DNA of 64,000 nucleotides from Gemmatimonadales bacterium (GTDB lineage Bacteria; Gemmatimonadota; Gemmatimonadetes; Gemmatimonadales; GWC2-71-9): NCBI GenBank assembly GCA_025937755.1, contig JAICQR010000001.1, positions 1,542 to 65,541 of the forward strand, read 5' to 3'. Shown piece by piece: positions 58,898 to 64,000 of this stretch (position 1 is its first letter; each line of letters starts with the position of its first letter). The notes under the pieces were generated by a model. It saw only the letters and a program-made list of their open reading frames with translations, ran no database searches and was not told where the DNA came from. The position numbers and the translations under genes were made by a program.

Positions 58898-60013
58898 CTA
58901 TTCCCCCCGCAGGATGGCCGCAATTGTGTTGATTCTCCCCCTGCCCAGCCGCCCAAGGTTACCCAGCACGATGATGGTCCGCCGGGTCCCCGGGATACGA
59001 CGGATGTAGCAGGAGTAGCCCGGAAGGCCGCCGCTGTGATCGTAAGCCACGCCATCGGGGCCTGACCGAATGAACCAGCCGTAGCCGTAGTCGCCCAGGC
59101 CAGGGGTGAAGATCGAGTCGATCAGTGTGTTGGGAACCAGCTGCTCGGTATAGAGCGCCTGGTCCCACTTGTACAGGTCGCGCGCTGTGGTGATCAGACC
59201 GGCGTCGGCCTGGGGCGGCTCCATCTTCTGGTACACGGCGTTGCGGTATTCATCCCGTGTGAGGCCGTCGGCGTACGCCGCGGAGTCCACTTCCGGACGA
59301 AGCTGGTAGCCCTGGGCCCGGTTGGGGATGAGGTTCTCCGACCGGTCCTGGTCGCTGAGGGTCATGCCCAGCGGTTCATGGATGCGAGTGCGGAGAAAGT
59401 CCTCGTACGGCATTCCGCTGGCACGCTCGATGATGAAGCCGAGCGCGATGTAGGCCGAGTTGCTGTAGCGGAATTTGGTGCCTGGCTCGTGGTCCAGCGG
59501 CTTTGCCTTGGCGTCTCGGAGGATGCGGTCGGGCGCGTGGGCCTGCGACATGTAATCGGAATACTCCTGGGTACTGTAGCCCCCGAACCATTCCTCGTAA
59601 TCGGAAATGCCCGACGTGTGACGCAGCAGGTGGTGAATAGTGATCCCGCTCCAGGCCGGCGGCAGCGAGTCCAGGTACTTCGAGATGGGGTCACCGAGGT
59701 CGAGCATGTCGTCCGCCGCCAGCATCATCACCGCCATGGCAGTGAACTGCTTGGTCACCGACGCCACCCGGAACCGGGTGTCAGGGGTGTTGCGCACCTC
59801 CAGCTCCATGTTGGCAAAGCCGAAAGCTGTATCGATCAGGACCTTGCCCTGCTCGGCCACCAGCACGCTGGCGTGGAGGTGACCCAGGTTGGCGGCCGCG
59901 GTGAGATACTCCCGCAACCGGTCCACCCGGGGGTCCTGGGCGTGGGCCGGTGCCGGCATCATGGCTGCGTGGGCCAGCAGGAGCGAGACGATCAGCGCGC
60001 GGGCAGCGGACAT
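58898..60013 (-). CDS. Beta-lactamase-fold serine hydrolase, secreted
   Basis: Trimmed to Met106 (MSAARALIVSLLLAHAAMMPAPAHA). SxxK in FRVASVTKQF. YSNSAY motif. Confidence 0.8.
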   Translation of the reverse strand: MSAARALIVSLLLAHAAMMPAPAHAQDPRVDRLREYLTAAANLGHLHASVLVAEQGKVLIDTAFGFANMELEVRNTPDTRFRVASVTKQFTAMAVMMLAADDMLDLGDPISKYLDSLPPAWSGITIHHLLRHTSGISDYEEWFGGYSTQEYSDYMSQAHAPDRILRDAKAKPLDHEPGTKFRYSNSAYIALGFIIERASGMPYEDFLRTRIHEPLGMTLSDQDRSENLIPNRAQGYQLRPEVDSAAYADGLTRDEYRNAVYQKMEPPQADAGLITTARDLYKWDQALYTEQLVPNTLIDSIFTPGLGDYGYGWFIRSGPDGVAYDHSGGLPGYSCYIRRIPGTRRTIIVLGNLGRLGRGRINTIAAILRGE

Positions 60014-60132
60014 GGGCAAACTTTCGTGGCTCGGTGGAGTGTCGACTCTACGACCATGCGGCTCGGCCGCCTCGCTTATTATAGTGCGCATCGCCGCTGC
60101 CGGCTCCCGCCCATGGAGACCGAGGACTACCG

Positions 60133-61134
60133 TTGAGATCACATACCGCGCTTGTTGCCGAGCTGAACGACAAGGTTCATGCCTGCTTGAAGGACCTGAT
60201 CTTCGATGGAACGCCATTGGCGATCCTGGACTTCCCCGACATACGCAACTGCGGCGACTCGGCCATCTGGCTGGGCGAGATGGCCTACCTGCAGGCGCGG
60301 CATGCCGTGCGGCCGGCCTACGTGTCACGCATCGCCGACTTCTCGCCCGAGGCCCTGGAACGCCGCATGCCGGAAGGGCCGCTCCTCATTCATGGCGGTG
60401 GCAATTTTGGTGATCTGTGGGTCGCCCATCAGGATTTCCGCGAACAGGTGATCGAGCGCTTTCCCGACCGCCCCGTCATCCAGTTTCCCCAGTCCATTCA
60501 TTATCGGTCCCCCGACCGAGCTGACATCAGCGCACGGGTCATCGGCCGCCACCGGAACTTCGTCCTGCTGGTGCGCGATGAGGAATCGAAGCATTTCGCC
60601 GAACAGCACTTTGATTGTGATGTACGACTTTGTCCCGATATGGCCTTCTGCATCGGACCGATCCAACCCGATCCGGCCCAATTTCCCGTGCTCGCCATGC
60701 TGAGAGCGGACCGGGAGAGTGCACTGGATGCTGCTGGCCGGTCGGCCCACCCCGACATCCCGGTCGAGGACTGGATCAGCGAGTCCAGGATGTCAGTACG
60801 AATGTCGAAGGCGCGGGGCGCGCTGGCCGCACTTCTGGCTGGCAACTCGTCGGAGGTGCGCCTGTCCCGGCTGGATGCAGCCGCCCACAACCGGGTACGG
60901 CGTGGCATTCGTCAGCTGTCGCGCGGACGGGCAATCGTGACCGACCGGCTCCACGTGCACATCGTGTCGCTGCTGCTGGGGCGGCCCCATGCTGTGCTCG
61001 ACAACAGCTACGGCAAGGTCCGTCGCTTCATGAGCGCCTTCTCGGGCGGCACCGACCTATCATATCTGGCCACGTCCCTGGATGACGGGATCGAGTGGGC
61101 GCGCGAGCGGGCCGCTCGGGAGGCAAGCGCATGA
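60133..61134 (+). CDS. Polysaccharide pyruvyl transferase family protein
   Basis: NCGDSAIWLGEMAYL, IHGGGNFGDLW, VTDRLHVHIVSLLLGRPHAVLDNSYGK. Confidence 0.65.
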   Translation: MRSHTALVAELNDKVHACLKDLIFDGTPLAILDFPDIRNCGDSAIWLGEMAYLQARHAVRPAYVSRIADFSPEALERRMPEGPLLIHGGGNFGDLWVAHQDFREQVIERFPDRPVIQFPQSIHYRSPDRADISARVIGRHRNFVLLVRDEESKHFAEQHFDCDVRLCPDMAFCIGPIQPDPAQFPVLAMLRADRESALDAAGRSAHPDIPVEDWISESRMSVRMSKARGALAALLAGNSSEVRLSRLDAAAHNRVRRGIRQLSRGRAIVTDRLHVHIVSLLLGRPHAVLDNSYGKVRRFMSAFSGGTDLSYLATSLDDGIEWARERAAREASA

Positions 61135-61952
61135 CGGCCGCTCTCACATTCATTGTACCCGTTCGCCATCAGGACAACGCCCGCGACTGGGGCGCCCTCA
61201 AGGCGAACCTTGCCCAGACGCTCGCGTCGATATCGAACCAGACCAGCCAGGACTGGCGCGGCATCGTCGTGGCCAACGAAGAGGCTGACCTGCCCGCCCT
61301 TCCGGAGCGGTTTGAGGCGGTGCGGGTGGGGTTCCCTCCGAATGACATGCACGAGCGCGACGGCGCCGACATGGAGGCATTCTACGAGGCATTCCGGCTG
61401 GACAAGGGTCGCCGGGTGCTGGCGGGGATGCTGCACGCGCGCGCGAGCCGATACTTCATGATTGTGGATGACGACGATTTCGTGAGTGCCCGGCTGGCGC
61501 AGCATGCTGTGTCCCATCCGGATGCGAACGGGTGGACCATCGACCGGGGCTACATCTGGAACGACGGCGGAAGGCTGCTGCTGGAGCATGATGACTTCAG
61601 TCACTTGTGCGGAACGTCGTTGATCGTTCGCTCGGATCTGTACGGCCTTCCTGCGCGAGCCGAGGACGCGGATGTCAACTGGATCAAGCAGCGGCTGGGG
61701 AGTCACATTCGCATCGCCGGTATCCTGGCCGAGCAGGGGACGCCGCTGCAATCCCTGCCGTTCCGGGGCGCGGTATACCGGGTAGCGCATGCGGGGTCGC
61801 ACAGCCAGGCGCGGGGCCTGCTGTATACCTATTTCCTCCGTCCGGAGGCGCTGCGCGCGCCAGTCAAGGTGTGGCAGAACCTGCGGAAGTTGCGGATCGT
61901 CAACGCGAAGCGGCGGGGTGAGTTCTTCGGGGGGTCGGCGCCTACCAGCTAG
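61131..61952 (+). CDS. GT-A fold (GT2-like) glycosyltransferase
   Basis: Trimmed to MTAALTFIVPVRHQDN (ATGA overlap with the upstream gene). DxD region YFMIVDDDDFV. Confidence 0.55.
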   Translation: MTAALTFIVPVRHQDNARDWGALKANLAQTLASISNQTSQDWRGIVVANEEADLPALPERFEAVRVGFPPNDMHERDGADMEAFYEAFRLDKGRRVLAGMLHARASRYFMIVDDDDFVSARLAQHAVSHPDANGWTIDRGYIWNDGGRLLLEHDDFSHLCGTSLIVRSDLYGLPARAEDADVNWIKQRLGSHIRIAGILAEQGTPLQSLPFRGAVYRVAHAGSHSQARGLLYTYFLRPEALRAPVKVWQNLRKLRIVNAKRRGEFFGGSAPTS

Positions 61953-61973
61953 TCTGATCAGCCCTCGACGGCG

Positions 61974-62330
61974 CTACGGTCGCCTCCGCGAGCGGCTCGA
62001 CCAGTGGATCGCCCGGATCTGCCATTGCCCCGCTCGGCGGCTGAGCACCATGAGCTCCGCCCCGTCGCTGTCGACGGCTCGACCTCGAAAGGTCCCCACC
62101 GAACGGCTCGTGGCTGTGATCCAGGCGACCGAATCCATCACCGTAACCCGAAGGACCCGGCGATCGCTCGGCACGGCTCGGGCAAAGGCCATATCGGCGG
62201 GCAGATGATGGGCCCGATATTCGGCCAGCGTCTCTGTGCCGCCTGACTCCAGCACCTGCACATCCGGGGCAAGACGCGCCAACGCAGCCGCACTGTCGCC
62301 TGCCACAAGGGCGGCATGAAATGCCGCCAC
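61974..62330 (-). CDS. SnoaL/DUF4440-like (NTF2 fold) protein
   Basis: FHAALVAGDSAAALARLAPDVQVLESGG...AELMVLSRRAGQWQIRAIHWSS. Start uncertain. Confidence 0.6.
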   Translation of the reverse strand: MAAFHAALVAGDSAAALARLAPDVQVLESGGTETLAEYRAHHLPADMAFARAVPSDRRVLRVTVMDSVAWITATSRSVGTFRGRAVDSDGAELMVLSRRAGQWQIRAIHWSSRSRRRP

Positions 62331-62363
62331 GACCGACGCGACCTCGGCCGCTGACCCTCGCAG

Positions 62364-62705
62364 CTACTTGCTAAACATCTCCTGAAGCCGTCCCAGGATC
62401 TGATCCACCGTCGTCGGTGTGAGTCTGCCGAGGCGCCGCACCAGACGTGCCGTGTCCACGGTGCGGAGCTGGTCCAGGACGACATGCCCTGCCTTCTGCT
62501 GGAAGCGGCACCCGACGCGAAACGGATACGGATGACCGCCCGTCGTCATGGGCGCGACGATCAGGGTACGCAGATGCGCATTAAGCTCATCGGGTGAGAC
62601 CACCACGCAGGGGCGCGTCTTCCGAATCTCGCTACCGCGCGCGGGATCCAACTGGATGACATACACGTCCCCTCGTGCCGGGGGGCGTGGCTCTACCACG
62701 TCCAC
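62364..62705 (-). CDS. mazF: PemK/MazF family type II toxin (endoribonuclease)
   Basis: ORF trimmed to a GTG (62705 or 62699): ..PARGDVYVIQLDPARGSEIRKTRPCVVVSPDELN..LIVAPMTT. Confidence 0.85.
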   Translation of the reverse strand: MDVVEPRPPARGDVYVIQLDPARGSEIRKTRPCVVVSPDELNAHLRTLIVAPMTTGGHPYPFRVGCRFQQKAGHVVLDQLRTVDTARLVRRLGRLTPTTVDQILGRLQEMFSK

Positions 62706-62941
62706 TCCTCGAGGTCGAACCGAGTTACCGTCGGTGCGTCGAGCAGGGTGTCGTCGGCGTTGGCGTGGGCCGCTGCCGCGGCTTCGGCCCAGCCGCTGCG
62801 TGGGGCCGATGCCGGGGTAATGACGATCCGCCCGGACTCCGCCCGCAGATTGACCTCCTCTGGGAGCCCGGCTTGCTCGAGGAGTGGCTTGGGGATGCGG
62901 ATACCCTGGGAATTGCCGATTCGGACGATACGGGTCTTCAT
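62693..62941 (-). CDS. mazE: AbrB/MazE/SpoVT family antitoxin
   Basis: MKTRIVRIGNSQGIRIPKPLLEQAGL. Overlaps the toxin start. Confidence 0.85.
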   Translation of the reverse strand: MKTRIVRIGNSQGIRIPKPLLEQAGLPEEVNLRAESGRIVITPASAPRSGWAEAAAAAHANADDTLLDAPTVTRFDLEEWTW

Positions 62942-62958
62942 AGCGCAACCTGCCAAGA

Positions 62959-62979
62959 GGTAGCTACAATGTAGCTACC
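62959..62979. promoter_or_regulatory. Perfect 9-bp inverted repeat GGTAGCTAC-aat-GTAGCTACC (candidate mazEF operator)
   Basis: Its near edge (62959) lies 17 nt upstream of the antitoxin start at 62941. This position is typical of TA autoregulation. Confidence 0.55.
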
Positions 62980-63018
62980 TCTACCTGCGGAGTGCAACAA
63001 CCCATTTCGGAGGCGGTG

Positions 63019-63109
63019 TAATGCTTTCTGCTTCAGGTGCAGGGCGGCTATCCAGTTCTGTGGACTGCTGAGGGGCCCGGCCGCCCTGGCAGCTGCGAGC
63101 AGGTATTAG
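63019..63109. repeat. 91-nt long-hairpin repeat (copy F1)
   Basis: TAATGCTTTCTGCTTCAGGTGCAGGGCGGC...GCCGCCCTGGCAGCTGCGAGCAGGTATTAG. About 85% identical by eye to 63825-63915. Confidence 0.85.
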
Positions 63110-63144
63110 CGCGCTGGCGCAAGTAGCACTTATGTATTACATTC

Positions 63145-63162
63145 GTAGCACACCTGTGCTAC
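63145..63162. promoter_or_regulatory. Inverted repeat GTAGCAC-acct-GTGCTAC plus an extra GTAGCAC at 63123 (candidate phd/doc operator)
   Basis: Lies directly upstream of the GAGAGG SD and the ATG at 63174. Confidence 0.5.
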
Positions 63163-63173
63163 GAGAGGCGCTC

Positions 63174-63401
63174 ATGACCAAGGAACTCAAACTCCGGCAG
63201 GCCGGTGGTTCCGTGGCGGCCACCCTGCCCAAGGACATGGCCGATCGGCTCCACCTCGGTGCCGGCGATCGGGTGCTCGCGGTCGAAACCGAACGCGGTA
63301 TCCTGCTTACCCCCTACGACCCGGCGGTCGAAGCGGGCCTCGCCATCGCCGCCCGCGCCGCCAAGCAGTACCGCAACGCCCTGCGCGAACTCGCCAAGTA
63401 G
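63174..63401 (+). CDS. AbrB/SpoVT-type antitoxin partner of Doc
   Basis: Trimmed to MTKELKLRQAGGSVAATLPKDMADRLHLGAGDRV. Sits immediately upstream of doc. Confidence 0.8.
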   Translation: MTKELKLRQAGGSVAATLPKDMADRLHLGAGDRVLAVETERGILLTPYDPAVEAGLAIAARAAKQYRNALRELAK

Positions 63402-63827
63402 GTGCCGCGTCGCAAGCCGACCGAGCCCCGCTGGGTCCATCGGGTGGTGCTGGACGCCCTGCACCTGGACCAGATCCGGGCGCATGGCGGCTTGCCCGGC
63501 GTCCGCGATGAGGACGCGCTCGAAGCCGCCCTCGCCCGTGCCCGCAACAAGTGGGCGTACGAGCGGACCGCCGACGTAGCCGAACTTGGCGCAGCGTACG
63601 CCTTTGGGCTGGTGACGGCGCACCCATACCGCGACGGTAACAAGCGGAGCGCCTTCCTCGCGATGGTCGTCTTCCTGGGCCTCAATGGCTACGAGTTCGA
63701 GGCGCCGGAGTCAGAGGTCGTCACGATGATGCTGGCGGCAGCGGATCACCGGGCCACCGAGACGGAGCTGGCGACGTGGATCCACCACCGAATGGTCGCG
63801 TTGCCGGGCTGGCCGAAGTCGCCCTAA
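63402..63827 (+). CDS. doc: Death-on-curing (Doc/Fic) family toxin
   Basis: Fic motif HPYRDGNKRSAF. The GTG start directly follows the antitoxin TAG. Confidence 0.9.
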   Translation: MPRRKPTEPRWVHRVVLDALHLDQIRAHGGLPGVRDEDALEAALARARNKWAYERTADVAELGAAYAFGLVTAHPYRDGNKRSAFLAMVVFLGLNGYEFEAPESEVVTMMLAAADHRATETELATWIHHRMVALPGWPKSP

Positions 63828-63915
63828 TGCCTTCTGCTTCAGCTGCAGGGCGGCTAACCAATACTACAGCGTCTTGAGGGGTCTGGCCGCCCTGCCAGCT
63901 GCAAGCAGGTATTAG
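63825..63915. repeat. 91-nt long-hairpin repeat (copy F2)
   Basis: TAATGCCTTCTGCTTCAGCTGCAGGGCGGC...GCCGCCCTGCCAGCTGCAAGCAGGTATTAG. It begins with the doc TAA stop. Confidence 0.85.
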
Positions 63916-63930
63916 GCCCTTCGGCGCGCC

Positions 63931-64000
63931 TTAGCTCGCGTGCTTGAGCGTCTGGACTTCCTTCGTCAGCCGATCCTTGAGCCGATCGCGCTCCAGCTCC
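63931..64000 (-). CDS. 3' end of an unidentified minus-strand gene (partial)
   Basis: The reverse strand reads ..ELERDRLKDRLTKEVQTLKHAS-stop (TAA at 63933..63931). This is too short to classify. Confidence 0.3.
   Translation of the reverse strand, partial: ELERDRLKDRLTKEVQTLKHAS

Noticed and set aside
63019-63915. The 91-nt hairpin repeats flanking the Doc module as integron attC sites.
   Set aside because: The termini read TAATGC...GGTATTA and lack the RYYYAAC/GTTRRRY core sites. There is no intI integrase or attI in the window.
1-64000. Search by eye for tRNA/rRNA/tmRNA signatures, transposases, integrases and phage genes.
   Set aside because: I found no T-loop GGTTCGAATCC-like motifs, rRNA-like stretches or recombinase motifs. 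This negative result is limited by manual inspection.

Overview
This is a 64-kb high-GC bacterial chromosomal segment. I recognised no rRNA, tRNA, CRISPR, transposase or integrase. It is almost fully coding, mostly in long minus-strand gene trains with overlapping stop/start junctions (ATGA, GTGA, TGATG). Many long ORFs in the track are antisense or frame shadows typical of high GC. I kept about 70 CDS that are supported by family motifs read by eye, signal peptides, Shine-Dalgarno (SD) sequences or junction geometry, and I trimmed obvious N-terminal over-extensions.

Content from left to right:
- a TAT-exported oxidative sugar operon (2x GMC flavoprotein plus TAT small subunit, 2x TIM-barrel isomerase, Gfo/Idh/MocA)
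- cutC, two M14 carboxypeptidases and a deaminase
- a membrane fusion protein (MFP) adaptor plus two RND pumps
- an operon of five paralogous 6-bladed beta-propeller exported proteins that embeds two Cys/Trp-rich secreted mini-proteins and a CxxC thioredoxin-fold lipoprotein. This is my top candidate for an undescribed system. It sits divergently next to an ECF sigma/anti-sigma/HEAT module.
- an S8 protease cassette bracketed by 105-nt repeats
- a small ABC module bracketed by inverted composite repeats, and a GDCCVxC protein
- one tightly packed train: sdhC, sdhA, a 4-domain multicopper oxidase (MCO), sdhB, a hypothetical, a Ser/Thr kinase, a small protein, a 6TM protein, a HisKA_3 kinase and a NarL-type regulator
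- LemA/DUF2207, a canonical MCO plus cytochrome c, an ABC-2 exporter, PP2C, RlpA, YciI, a beta-lactamase-fold hydrolase, and pyruvyl- and glycosyl-transferases
- mazEF-type and phd/doc-type toxin-antitoxin (TA) pairs

The non-coding fraction is dominated by unusual 7-8 nt tandem arrays arranged as inverted arms. These include a dispersed ACTAGT-(GGGAAGT)n family with G-quadruplex potential.

The taxonomic guess (Gemmatimonadota/Acidobacteriota-like) is inference only. All family calls come from motif recognition, not searches, and start codons are inferred.
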